Shown here piece after piece: positions 26,501 through 39,404 of a stretch of DNA of 64,000 bases. Positions within the stretch are counted from its first letter, which is position 1, and the number at the start of each line of letters is the position of its first letter. The notes below the pieces were generated by a model. The model was not told the origin of the DNA, made no database searches, and worked only from the letters and a program-made list of their open reading frames with translations. Position numbers and translations under genes: made by a program. The stretch is from Prorocentrum cordatum (taxonomy: Eukaryota): the NCBI GenBank assembly GCA_963575745.1, contig CAUYUJ010000200.1, positions 1-64,000 of the forward strand, written 5' to 3'.

Positions 26501-26891
26501 TGCAGATTTCCTTAGTGTTAGGTCGGGCATGTCCCCCTACAGGCGGATTCCGGGCCAAACATTGAACAGGCAAAAAACGTATTCCAACTGGTCTAAACAT
26601 GCTCAAACAATCGTCCCCATGCTGTTTGTTGGCTATTTCTGAATCTTCCCCCTGTAGATGGACAGGCCCGACATCACCCTAGTGACAAACCTGATCATTT
26701 CATGTGAGGTGAACGTGCGTTTTCTCTGTGTGTGCGCCCGTTGCCGTTGCATTCTCGAGCGAGCGCCCCCTCGCCTGTGTTCAGCGGCACACGTTTCTGA
26801 TGTGAGGCTCCTGGAGAGGAGCCCGAGCTGACGCAGATCGCGGGGTGGAGAGATCAAACATACCACTGCGCTATACCCACCTAGAGTTGCA
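26501..26891 (+). repeat. Element B 3' LTR (391 bp)
   Basis: TGCA...TGCA; homologous to 3458-3500 plus 19021-19201. Confidence 0.88.
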
Positions 26892-29005
26892 GCGTTGGGG
26901 CCCTCCTGGTGGGCCTCTTAGGCCGTCTGGAGCGTCGGGGGCTGGAAAAGTTGACGGCGCCCCAAACCATTGAAAAACCAGTGGGGAATCAATGACTTGG
27001 GCCTCTCGGGGCCCTCTTGGGAAGGCTTTTGGGGCGTCTTGGAAGCCTCTTGGGCGGTCTTGGGACTATGTTGGGCGTTTTGGTGCAATCGTTTGGCGAT
27101 TCGGGGCCCTCTTGGACCGTCCTGGGAGCCGCTTGGGCCCCTCTTGGGCCCTTCTTGGGCTTAAAAAGGTCACGCAAGCAGACGTGAGAAACCCCGGAGA
27201 GCACGCGGGAAGCCCAAGAAGATTTAGCAATTTGGGCTCCAGGCCGCTTGAAGACTCCCTCAGGAGTGCTTAAGGGATTGGGCAAAATACTTGGGGGCAC
27301 GCCCACTATGTGCCCAGCGGCATGGTTGCGGGTGCGCTTATTTTATGGATTGGGAGGAGTTGTCCTTCTGGGGGCCCTGTTGGGAGTCGTCTGGGAGCCC
27401 TCTGGGGGTGCCATGGGGGCCTCCTGGGTTGTTTTGCGGCCAATGGCCATCGGAGGCCACGTGGAGGCCTTCTTCGATTGTCTTTGGGCGTCCTGGGAAC
27501 ATTTCGAGCCCATCGGACGACGTCTGGGATCATTTCTAGAGCGAGTAACCCCCAGGGAAGTTGGCGGGAACCCTCTCCCGTCCAACGACCAGACCGAGCT
27601 CTAGGCGGAGGCCTTTTGGGCCCAGGTTTAGAGAAAAGCAACACCATAAATCACACGCCGTGCAACCCTCAAGGGGCCGGCAGATTTCCTATGCGTGCTT
27701 TTTTGTTCTCCGATCAGAGCGTATGCGGCCTTTCAGAAGTTGTGCTCAGGTTGCAGCAGCGCCGCCCATTTTCAGTGGTTTCCATCGTTCCTTCGTCTAA
27801 CGGAACGACGCTCTCGCCGCGGCGTTGGCCGTGTTCTTGCATCAGCAAAAGTGCCGTTCCCGCTGGATCGTTTGCCACGCTTCCAAGTTTCCGATTCGGC
27901 TTCCGTCCAATAGAACGACGCTCTCACCGCAGACCTGGCCGTACTCCAGGCAGGTCTCGAATCGAGATGAGATAAATCCCTTCCAGAGCGTTCCAGAACG
28001 TTCTCAGAGCGTTCCAGAACGCTCTGCGAAGGCCGCGACGCTCGATACATCCTCCAAATCCGCCGAGTCTCAATTATTTCCCATATATTCCCTTTTCTAT
28101 ATTTTTACAATCCGGGGGGGTGGGAACCCCCCCCCCCCCCCCGAAAATCGGACCCCCGGGATCTGGCGCTTTTTGGGCCCCCTGGACGCCTTGCAAGGGG
28201 TCCCCCGGGCCTTCCGGGCCTCCTGGACGCCCCTGCCGGGCCTTGCCAGCGGGCCCAAAGCGGTCAGGAGGGCGGCCAAACGGCCCCGCGAGAGCCCCAC
28301 GCGGCCCCAGACAGCCCCAAGACGCCCGAAGACGACCCAAAGAAGACCCCCAAGAGGTCCTCCAAGTGCAAAAAAACAGCACTTTCCTTTCCTTTCCTTT
28401 CCTTTCCTTTCCTTTCCTTTCCTTTCCTTTTTTGTTTTAAAAGAAGGAGTTTTTGGACATTCGGTTCTTCGGTATTCCGTGCGTCCGAGTCCGCCGAAGA
28501 GGCCCCAAAAATCCTCCCACAACGGTGTCAAAGGGCTTCCAGACAGTCCAAAGGAGCCCCAATATGGTCCAACAGGGCCGCAAGATGGCCCCAAGAGAGC
28601 CCCGCTGACAGCCCCAGATGGCCCCAAGACGCCTCCCGAAGCACTCCAAATCGTGACTCGGTCGTTCAGGGAGACCGTGGTTGGTAGCAAGGTGGCCGCA
28701 AGAAGCCCCCAGAGGCCCCCAAAAGGCGCCCAGGAGGCCCCCAGAGGTCCCCAAAAAGCTCTTGAGAGGGGCCCAGGAACACCTCCAAAGAGGAGCCCCT
28801 GCAATAAAAACTGGGGATGAGGACAAGGAGTGGCTCGCAGACAAGGAAGATTACGAGTAAGAGGAGAGGAAATATAAGGATAGTACATAACATTACTATA
28901 ACGACGATGGCGCAAACGGCAACAATGAATCATCGCTATATTTGGCTCTCCTGCATGCCGAGCTTCAAGAACCAAGGTGCATGGCGCGAAGCGCCAATGC
29001 AGTCT

Positions 29006-29007
<2 letters not shown>

Positions 29008-29055
<48 letters not shown>
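29008..29055. repeat. (TA)n microsatellite
   Basis: Pure TA run. Confidence 0.98.
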
Positions 29056-29057
<2 letters not shown>

Positions 29058-30439
29058 TCCGACGTTGTCTCGATTCTGCCTTCGTCTTAGTATTTTCGCA
29101 TCAGCAAAACAAATCTCCCGCTGCAGCGCCTCCAGAAAACCTATATTTTGATTGGGCCTCCGCCCAGGGAAAAAGGCGCTCCCGCTGCCGCGCGCGGCCA
29201 TGCCGCCAGCCGCAAAACGGAAGCGGTGTATTTGCTTCAGCGTTTGTTTTTTTGCCCCCCCCCCCCCCAGGTCAAGGTGGCCTTTTCGGACGAGGGGGCT
29301 CAGTTCTCAGAGGAGGAAAAAATGCTCCAGATTTCTTAATAAAAGGGAGGGGTCACAACCCTCCCAGATGAAAAGTTTTAGACCCTTCCAGACCATCCAT
29401 GAAAGGGAGGCCCTTCGCCCAGACCCCCCCGAACCCTCCGAGACAGCTCAAATCAGACCCCCCCAAATGTGACCCCCCCCACTTTATTATGGAATCCGGA
29501 GTACCCACTCCTCTATCCATTCGCCCGTGTCCTCCTTTTTTCGGCCTACGTGATGCGCCGCCACGTGATGCGCCTAGAAATGCTGGTCCGGAGGCACCCC
29601 AGGAGAATTCGGGGAGTAGCGTTATCAGTACTTTGTGGTTTCCCCAGATGAAAGATGGGACGGAGGGGTATGATGTCAGACCTGACCGTGGCGTACCACT
29701 CTCCTTCACCTCGGCCCCCTCCTCGCCGTCCTCTTCCCCCCACCCTCCGCCTCCCCCTCATCCTCTTCTCCCACTCCCGCTCCCTCTCCTCCTTCACCTC
29801 CTCCGTCCTCCTCCGTCCTCCTCCGTCCTCCTCGTCCTCCTCCTCCTCCTCCTCCTCCTCCTCCTCCTCGCGCGCGTCCGGTCGGGGGCACGAACTGGTC
29901 GACGCGAGCCGCCGCGAGGCGTCGGAAGAGCAGTCTCCCATGGGCGACGGCTGGGGGCTCGCGGAGGACCTCCGCGGCCGCCGCCCGCCCCCCAGGGAGG
30001 AGGAGGAGGAGGAGGAGGAGGAGGAGGAGGAGGAGGAGGAGGAGGAGGAAGAGGACGAACGCCACAGCGGTCACGCTCAGGTCGGTCTGACGTAAAAGGA
30101 GGAGGATGAGGAGGACCAGTGTAAACCCAAGAGTCATCAACGATGTTTGCATAAACCTTCCCTCCAAGCTCCCTCTTCATAGACCCCTACAACTGTCATT
30201 TCCAATGAGGGAATTGCCTCGTTGGAAGACAACCGTTTGAAGACCCTGAAGCATGCCAAAACATTATTCTCGGGACTCCAACGCCACGGATCAACCTGAC
30301 TGTTGCGCTTTGATGATCCCTTAATCGCGCCAGAGGGCCATTCTTGGGACTTCAACACCGCGAATCAATGTACTTGTTGCAACCTCATAGTCATGAATTT
30401 TCCCAAAAGCAGTATTCCTGGTACGTTGACCATGGGAAT

Positions 30440-30860
30440 CCGCGAAACTCTTGTGCAATTTTCAACTAGGAATGTGTGCGGCGCTAAGGCGAGAACCGCT
30501 TTTTGAAAACGATCCGCCCTCAATCCGTGAAGCTCTTGCAAATGTCCAACCGAATGTACGCGGCGCTAGGGCGAGAGCCACTTTGAAAGCCACCCCCCTC
30601 AATCCATGAAATTGTTAAAGCTGTTTAAGCGAATGCGCGCGGCGCTAAGTCGAGAGCCACATTCTGAAACTTTGAAAACCACCCGTCCTCTCCGTGAAAC
30701 TCGTGCAGATAAGAGAAAAACGAGTGTGCGCCGCGTTACGGCGAGAACCACATTTCGAAAACCACCCGCTCTCCATCTGTTAAGCTGTTGCCAGTGTTTC
30801 AGCTTCCGGGTCATGAGTGGTGGGGAAGTCTGGGGCGAAACGCCTGGCCCGCCTTTTCGA
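30440..30860. repeat. ~80-90 bp tandem repeat (GCGGCGCTAAGGCGAGAGCCA...GAAAACCACCCGCCCTC), second array at ~31710-31995
   Basis: Unit starts near 30479, 30561, 30639 and 30729. Both arrays end in a shared AGCTTC...GGAAGTCT...AACGCC(T/C)GGCCCGCC tail. Confidence 0.8.
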
Positions 30861-31500
30861 CCGTAGGGAGCTATAACTGGGGCCCCAGTGGAAAGGCTCG
30901 CACTGCACCGCCGCCCCACCTTTGGCCCCAGAGGGAGCTCCACTTAAGGCCCCAGAGGGAGGTTTCGCATGGCACCGCCGCCACATTTCAGCACACCCCT
31001 CACACGCTTCGTGACCCCATGGGGAGCTCCACCTGATGCCCCAGTGGCAGGGTTCTCATGGCACTGCCTCCCCATTTTGGTACACCCCTCACGCTTCGTG
31101 GCCCCATGGGGAGGTCTACTTCAGGCCCAAGTGGCAGGGTTCGCATGGCAGTGCCGCCCGATTTTGGCACACCCCTTACACGTTTTGTGGCCCCATAGGG
31201 AATTCCACCTGAGGCCCAAGTGAGAAGGGTTTCCATGGCACCGCCGACTCCATCTCCACACACCCCTCACACGCTTCGTGGCCCCATAGGGAGCTCCACC
31301 TAAGGCCTCATTGGGAGGGTTCGCTTGGCACCGCCGCCCCCTTTCAGCACACGCACCACACGCATGGCGGCCCCGCCCCGTCTCGGCACACCCTTCGCAC
31401 GTTTCGTGGCCCCATGAGGAGATCCACCGGAGGAGACACTCACAACAACGGTACTAACAACTGCACATGGTTGGGTCCGTCGCCAGGGTCATTTTTTGAC
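30861..31500. repeat. ~89-bp tandem repeat array (TTCGTGGCCCCATAGGGAGCTCCACCT...) with a unique tail
   Basis: About 6 diverged units; same family as 35845-36314 and 45372-45905. Confidence 0.9.
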
Positions 31501-32319
31501 AGGGATGGTGGGGGGGGGCCCGCATTGGTCCGGGTTGGCTGCCGGTCGCCTCGGGGAGGGGCTGTTTATCAAATAGGGAGCAATGATAACCCCTCCCCGA
31601 AGGGGAACAACGGGGTTGGAAGAGGAAACTCTAAACCACTCACGCCCCAAAGAGCTTGTGGGATGCCGAAAACCATCCGTCCTCTACCCCTGCCTTTTTC
31701 GCGATAGATCAAGACCAATGGACGCCGCGCTAAGGCGAGAGCCACCCTTCATCGGTGAAGCTCTTGCAGATGTTAAGACTGATGTACGCGGCACAAAGAC
31801 GAGAGCCATCTTTTGAAAACCACCCGCCCTCCATGTGCGAAGCTCTGGCAAACTTTCAAGACGAATGTGCTCGGCGCTGATGCGAGAGCCACATGTTGAA
31901 AACCACCCGCCCTCCATCCGAGAATATGTTGCAATTGCAAGCTTCAGGATCATAAGCCGTGAGGAAGTCTCAGGCGGAACGCCCGGCCCGCCCTACCGAC
32001 ACATCTCGGGGTGCGACACGGCGAAGTTATTTCTAAGGAGAAGGGATGGAGGAGGAGGACGATGAGGAGTGAGGAGGAGGATGGGGGAAGGAGGCGGGGG
32101 AGGGAGCGTTGGCAGGCTGCGTTGGAATATCGACGCTCGAGCAGCAACATGCCAACAAGATGCAGATGGAGAGTATCTGAAGATCATCTGTGCTACTGCT
32201 CGTCGAACACGGTGCATGTTGATAGGCTTTCCGTCTCAGCTCAAACACGGGAGAGGGAGAGAGACAGAGAGAAAGAGAGAGAGAACAATTCCTTCTCCCT
32301 CCCTCCCTTACATAGTTTC

Positions 32320-32864
32320 CCCTCCTCATCCTCTTCCTCCTCCTCCTCCTCCTCCTCTTCCTCCTCCTCCTCCTCCTCCTCCTCCTCCTCCTCCTCCTCC
32401 TCCTCCTCCTCCTCCTCCTCCTCCCCCCCTCTCCTCACCCCCTCCCACCCTCCCTCCCTCCTCTCTAGCTCCCTCCCTCCTTCCCGTCCTCTTTCCCTTT
32501 CTCCCTCCCTCCCTCCTCCCTTCACCCTCCTTTCTCCTCCTCGCCCTCCTTCAAGCCGCTGGCCGAGGACACGCTTGGCCTGGACGAGTTCGCAGGCTCA
32601 GGTGGGAGGGGGAGGGGGAGGGGGAACGAGGGACGAAGGTAGGTACGTAGGTAGGCAGGCAGGCAGGCAGGCAGACAGGCAGGCAGGGAGGGGAGGAGGA
32701 GGAGGAGGAGGAGGAGGAGGAGGAGGAGGAGGAGAAAGAGGAGGAAGAGGAGGAGGAGAGGGAGGAGGAGGAGGCGGAGGAGAAGCAGGAGGAGGAGGAG
32801 GTGGAGGAGGAGGACGAGGAGGAGGAGAAGTGAGGAGGAGGAGGAGGACGAGGAGGAGGAGAAG

Positions 32865-32908
<44 letters not shown>

Positions 32909-33308
32909 GTGATGGTGATGGTGATGGTGATGGTGATGGTGATGGTGATGGTGATGATGATGACGATGCTGATATTGATGATGATGATGCTGATGCTGAT
33001 GATGATGCTGATGATGATGATGACGAAGACGATGATGATGATGATGCTGATGATGATGATGAGGAGGATTGGGATGACGATCATGATGATGATAATGATG
33101 ATGATGATGCTGATTATGATTATGACCTTGATGATGATGATGTTGTTGCTGCTGCTGATGCTGCTGCTGATGATGGTGGTGGTGATGATGCTGATGCTTC
33201 TGATGCTGATGGTGATGATGGTGATGGTGATGATGGTGATGCTTATGATGCTGATGCTGATGATGATGCTGCTGATGATTATTATTATGGTGATGCTGAT
33301 GATGGTGC

Positions 33309-33346
<38 letters not shown>

Positions 33347-33925
33347 GTGTTGATGATGATGCTGCTGATGATGGTGATGATGATGATGCCGATGCTGGTG
33401 ATGATGACGAGGCTTATGCTGATGCTGATGCTGCTGCTGATGATGATGATGCTGCTGATGATGCTGATGATGATGATGATGATGGTGGCGGTGGTGGTGA
33501 TGCTGCTGCTGTTGCTGATGATGATGATGATGAGGAGGAGGAGGAGGGACGATGAGGATGTTGATGCTACTGATGATGATGATGACGACGATGACGATGA
33601 TGATGATGATGATGATGACGACGATGATGATGATGATGATCATGCTGATGATGATGATGATGATGGTGATGGTTATGATGATGGTGCTGATGCTGATGCT
33701 GTTGCTGCTGCTGCTGACGATGATGATGATGCTGATTCTGATTATGCTGCTGGTGATTATGACAATGATACTGATGATGATGATGATGCTGATGCTGATG
33801 CTGATGATGATGATGATGATGAGGATGATGATGATGTTGCTGCTGATGATGATGCTGACGATGATGATGCTGATGCTGATGCTGATGATGATGATGATGA
33901 TGATGATGCTGATGATTATGCTGAC

Positions 33926-33968
<43 letters not shown>

Positions 33969-34005
33969 CTGATGGTGATGATGATGATGCGATTGTTGAT
34001 GCAGT

Positions 34006-34064
<59 letters not shown>

Positions 34065-34097
34065 GATGATGATGCTGCTGATGATGATGATGATGAC

Positions 34098-34179
<82 letters not shown>

Positions 34180-34617
34180 GTGATTGTGAGGATGATGAGG
34201 ATGAGGATGATGATGATGATGAGAGGAGGAGGAAGAGAGGAGGAGGAGGAGGAGGAGGAGGATGAGGAGGAGGGAGGAGGAAGAGAGGAGGAGGAGGAGG
34301 AGGAGGAGGACGGAGGATATGCGGAGGAGGAGGATGAGGGAGGAGGAGGAGGAGGAAGGAGGAAGGAGGAGGAGGAGGAGGAGAGGAGGAGGAGAGGAGG
34401 TGAGGAGGGAGGAGGAGGTGGAGGAGGAGGATGGAGGGCGGGAGGTAGGGAGGGAGTGAGGGTGGGAGGGTGGGAGGGAGGGAGGGAGGGAGGAGAGAGG
34501 GGGGGAGGAAGGGAGGGAGGGAGGGATTGGGGAGGAGGAGGAGGAGGAGGAGGAGGAGGAGGGAGGAGGAGGAGGAGGAGGAGGAGGGAGGAGGAGGGGG
34601 AGGAGGCAGGCGGCAGG

Positions 34618-34649
<32 letters not shown>

Positions 34650-34790
34650 TAGACAGGCAGGCTGTAGGAAGAGGAGAAGGAGGAGGAGGAGGAGGATGAC
34701 GACGAGGACGACGAGGAGGTCGACGAGGAGGAGGAGGCGGAGGAGGAGGAGGAGGAGGAGGTGGAGGAGGAGGAAGGAGGAGGGGAAAGA
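32320..34790. repeat. Compound (CTC)n-(GCAG)n-(GAG)n-(GAT)n-(GAG)n microsatellite block
   Basis: About 1.35 kb of degenerate GAT (32865-34220) flanked by GAG tracts. Confidence 0.95.
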
Positions 34791-35844
34791 AGGGGTGCGC
34801 AGGGGGAGGAGGGTCGTCGTTTTTTGGACGCTTTTGGATATAAGGGGGTCACAACTGGGAAGCTTCTGGTATTCTGGAAGCTTCTGGGGACCTGCAGAGA
34901 GTTCCTGGGCTCTCGGCCCCCCTACTGACCGTACCCCCCCTCCCCCAGGGTACCCCCCAGCGACCTCCCAGTGGCAGGAGGAGGGTCTTCGAGGGTTTCA
35001 CGAGGCCTCTAGGGTTTGCATCAGCTTTGCGAGGACATCGGGAGGGCTCCGGCTCTAGGAAGGAGGGGGAACTGGAAGCAAAGAGAGGTGACGAGGGGTG
35101 GGATGTTCGGTATGATGGTGGAGAGAGCGATGGGGGAGGGGGTCGGAGAGGGGGCATGTGGGAGGATGGATGGGGCGGGCGGAAAATGGGACTGGGAAAG
35201 GATGTGGGATTGGACCCAGTGCGGTGGTGTGGGGCAGGGGTTAGTGGGATGTGTTCGACGGGGATGAGGGACGGAGGACGGGAGACGGAGCACGGAGGAC
35301 GGAGGATGCAAGGAGGGAGGAGGGATGCCACGAGCGGGTGAATGCGATTCGTCACGCGAAGTCTTCGACTTGCAGAGTCCTCGACTTGCGCACGCCTGTG
35401 AGCGGGCTTGGCCTTGTCATGAGCCCTCGGCCATTGGTTCGAGCGAGCCAGGTCTGAATACTTGGAGCCAGGCTCTTTCTACAGTCAATGCATTTAGAAC
35501 GTGGGCCACTTCTGTTCTGATGGGTTTTGTACAGGACTCTGGGTTCCTCAAGGTCCTGACGTTCCTGAGCTGATCCCTTCCAATGGGCGCAACCGGCTCT
35601 AGAAGGGGGCTTCGTCAGTGCTCTGTTTGAAGCCTCGGATGAGAAGACCTTGATTGTACTTACGTGCTGATTCGCTGTTGTTTGGCTCGAGTTAAACGTT
35701 GTTTGGCCGATTTCGTGGACCGTTTTCATTCTTTGGTCCCAACTATCCTGTGGTGTTTGATCCTCGTTTTGAGGAGACGGCGCCCCGTGTTCCTCCCTCC
35801 TCCTCCCCCTCCCTTCTCCGATCCTTGCGTTTGCTCTCCACATG

Positions 35845-36314
35845 TCCATTTCGGCACACCCCATACACGCTTCGTGGCCGCATAGGGAGCTCCACCTGAT
35901 GCCCCAGTGGGAGGGTTTTTACGACACCGCCGCCCCATTTCGGCACTCCGCTCACACGGTTCGTGGCCCCATGGAGAGCTCCACCTGAGGCCCCAGTGGG
36001 AGGGTTCTCATGGCACCGCCGCCCCAGTCCGGCACACCCCATACACGCTTCGTGGCCCCATAGGGAACTCCACTTGAGGCCCCAGTGGGAGGTTCCCATG
36101 GCACCACCGCCCCATTTCGGCACACCCCTCACACGCTTCGTGGCCCCATAGGGAACTCCACCTACGGCCCCAGTGGGAAGGTTCGCATCGCACCGGCACA
36201 TCCCTCACGTTTCGTGGCCCCACAGGGAGCTCCTCCTAAGGCCCCAGAGGGCGGGCTCGCATGGCACCGCCGCCCAATGTCGGCACACCGCTCACACGAT
36301 TCCTGGCCCCATAG
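35845..36314. repeat. ~89-bp tandem repeat array, left half (split by element C)
   Basis: Unit starts at 35871, 35960, 36049, 36137 and 36211 (the 36137-36211 unit is a 74-bp variant). Confidence 0.9.
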
Positions 36315-36570
36315 TGTGAAATTTGTATTAGCAAGGATGTGAGTTATAGGATGATGTTTAGAATTATCTATGTTGCTGCTCTCGCTCGCTCATGCTTGCA
36401 CTCTCTTGTTCACTATTGCCGTTTTTGGCTTGGACCCGCCAGCTGTGGCGGGAGGGTGGGCGCATTCTACGACTGTCTAGCTTGACATCGGAATAATATC
36501 AGATCACACTCTATCTATTTCTTCTTGCATCAAGAGGTTGTGGGTGGAGAGATCAGGATCAATCTTTACA
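36315..36570 (+). repeat. Element C 5' LTR
   Basis: TGTGAAA...TTTACA; matches 45116-45371. Confidence 0.97.
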
Positions 36571-36634
36571 CTGGTAGCGTGAGCTGAATCAGTCCACGGT
36601 ACGAGGATTTCATACAGAGTGGCCGTGCAGATAT

Positions 36635-39200
36635 ATGCTGGCGCTCACTTGCATCCTCGCGGTGCTTAACCACTGCGCTCATCAACAGATCACAGTGATC
36701 GACAACGCGCTCAAAATCATTACCTACAACAGCTTGGACGAGGATCGTTGCATCAACAGCATCCCGGGCGAGCAGCGGAACTACAGCAGCAACGATCAAG
36801 ATAGTTACTACATCAGTGACAAGTTCAGTAGCATCACAGTCATCAAGATAACGTCCAGGCAGCAGCAGCAGTTCAATGACGGCCCCCTCTTCGTTGACAA
36901 GGAGGGCGTAGTACACTACCACGGCGACCCATCCTACGGCGAGGAGTTCGAGGAGCGTGCAGTACTCGGCTACCACGCAAGCGAGGAGAATATCAAGAAG
37001 CTCTATGCGATCAAGCTCAAGAGTTCTCTAAATGGACGAGCGTGGACACTTACGCGAAAGAAGGTTGAGATCAGTACGCAGGCAGTTTTGGACGAAGCAG
37101 GTAATGACCCACTTGCTGCAGTCAAACTGGCGGTAACTACAGTACGACAGGCGTGCGAGAGAATCGCACCACTACAGAAGCAGCAAGCGTTCGAGGAGTA
37201 TTTCTTCCGAGGTTTTCGCAATCGAACGGAGTCTGTGCAGGACTACATATCGAGACGAGAGACGGAGTACGAGCGGCTCAAGTCACTTTCAACGAACACA
37301 ACAGTCAGCGAAGACCCACGGACATACTTCCTACTAAAGCTAGCCAACATCAGCATGCAAGAGCACAAGGCGATCCTTGGCCAATGCAACAACGAGTACA
37401 TCTGGGACGACGTGACGGCAGTCATGCTGATACAGCTGGACAGCACAGGCCGAGACGATCGTGGGCATGGACGATACGGAGCCTATCCGGTGGACTACGA
37501 CGACGAAGAAGAAGAAGATGCTCTACTCGGAGACGAATGTGCACCGTGCGACGAGGACGTGTTCCTGAGTGATGCGGACTACGACGCCCTTGCAGCGGAC
37601 ATCGACGAGTTCGAGGGAGCGATTGACGACGTGGACCCGGAAGAGATCAGCCAGAAGGAGTGCGACATTCTGACGACGGAGGCTCAACGTCTTGGCTGGA
37701 AAGCTTGGACGGCGAAACCACAAGCCCAACTACAAGCAGGCCCGGGAGCGGCTTGCTCAGAGCAAGTCGAATAGAGGCTGGAAAGCCAACATCAACAGAC
37801 AGGGCTCCATCAAGAAGGACAGCAAAGAGGCTGAGGATAAGCTGAAACAGATCAAGGCGCGCGCGAAGTGCAACGCGTGCCACAAGAAGGGTCACTGGAA
37901 GGGTGACCCCGAGTGCGAAAAGACGAGGTCACCAGCGAGTGGACCCAGTATGCTACAACGTGGAGGACGAGGAGGCGGACGTGGAGGACGAGGCTTTCAC
38001 GGACGACCTGGAGGTTTTCTACGACGAGCTGGATTCGCAGTGGCGACCGAGGTCAAGCTGCTGATGGCGGACAGCGCGATGGACATGACCGCCATTCAGA
38101 TTGTCAGCGACCAGCTGGCAAGCATAGACGTGGCGATGGAGGAGATCACGAGTCTGACGAAGGTGCGAATCGACACCGAGGAGCAGATCGTGAACACCTA
38201 CGCGGTATCAGCAGCAGGAGACCAGCCGAACTTCCAAGAGAGGATCGACCAGGCACACGAACCATACCCAGTACCTGGAGAGCATCAAGCACGAGAATCT
38301 GACGAACCCCTTAGCACTCCAGTGAGCTCAACCAGCAGGCCGCCACCAGGTACGTGGTCGAGGACAGAGTCCAGCAGACCAAGCACAGACTACTTGGAAG
38401 AAGACAGCACAGAGACTGACCTACAGAAGATACGAGATCGTGCAGAGCAGATCGCAGCATTGTGGGTAAGCTGCGAGAACATGGAAGCGGCCTACAGGGA
38501 CTATGTGGATTTCTGTCTGGACTGGGCCTTACATCGCTTCCAGCAGCTCATGCACATCACCATGGAGATGGCGCCGAACGGTCTCAGGAATATGGCCTAC
38601 GATCTATGCCAAGCAGCCTGGGACAGGACCTCGGAGCTTCGTGACATCGTAAGGAGCACCTGCGAGCGCCTACCGATTGGAGTACGACCGACATGGCTGC
38701 GGACGCAACGCCGAGCTGGAACCACTTACGCTCCAGAGGGAGTTGGGCGGCAGCAACCCTGCGAGGAGCTGGAGGAAATTGAAGCCTACGCAGTGCGAAA
38801 AGGACCTATTCCAGATGGACATGCTGTACTGGACACTGCGTGCCTACATGGATGTGGAGGTTCAATATCACTGGACGGCTACACAGAGGACGGCAGAGTC
38901 ACCACGCGGATGAGAGGATCATCCATGCGCTTCCGAGGCGTGAATGATAGCGCCCCGGTCACGGCAGAAGGGGAACAAGAGGTGACGGCTGGACTTGCTG
39001 GAGCTGACGTGAACCTACGCTTCCAGAGGTTGCCGAAGTCAAAGACGCCAATACATCTGAGCATCCACCAGCTGGAGGAGCTCGACACAGTGATATACAT
39101 CAAGGATCGGAAGGCGGACTTCAAGGCGATCAACAAGTACGGAGTGCCTCTAAACAAGACGGAGAAGGGGCACCTGACGATCTCGCTCAAGGAGTGGCCG
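36635..39200 (+). pseudogene. gag: Element C gag and protease (frameshift at ~37700)
   Basis: YHGDPSYGEEFEER, LNGRAW, ESVQDYISR; CNACHKKGHWKGDPEC knuckle; AVLDTAC protease motif with FRGV flap and GHL. Confidence 0.85.
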
Positions 39201-39404
39201 AAGAAGGAGACGACAAAGATCGAGCCATCAGTCACGTCCGACGAGATCGACATCTGGAATGCGGAGGTCCAGGAGATCGATAAGGGCATCCTACGGCGGA
39301 AGCAGAGGAAGCAGATCGAGACGTGGGAGAAGGAGATTCAGGACAAGCTGGACCAGTGCCAGCAAATCGTGGACACGCTGAAGGCGGACCCGGAGGAGAA
39401 GCGG

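Larger units (their letters stand above)
3458..26891 (+). mobile_element. Element B: old, decayed Ty1/copia LTR retrotransposon (hosts element A in its 5' LTR)
   Basis: LTRs with TGCA...TGCA ends: 5' LTR split into 3458-3500 and 19021-19201, 3' LTR 26501-26891. Imperfect 5-bp TSD GTGTT (3453-3457)/GCGTT (26892-26896). PBS TGGTAGCACGAGC at 19202. gag-PR-IN-RT-RH remnants. Confidence 0.9.

Noticed and set aside
27825..28975. ORFs of 290-330 aa on both strands
   Set aside because: They derive from the low-complexity GGCCCCAAGA-type repeat and (CCTTT)n; no domain motifs.
30861..31430. Regularly spaced repeats resembling a CRISPR array
   Set aside because: The whole ~89-bp unit is repeated, with no unique spacers and no cas genes, in a eukaryotic context.
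32011..34852. Long ORFs encoding poly-Asp, poly-Met, poly-His and poly-Ile (also 882-2089, 48181-51732, 56893-59652)
   Set aside because: These are translations of stop-free trinucleotide microsatellites, not proteins.
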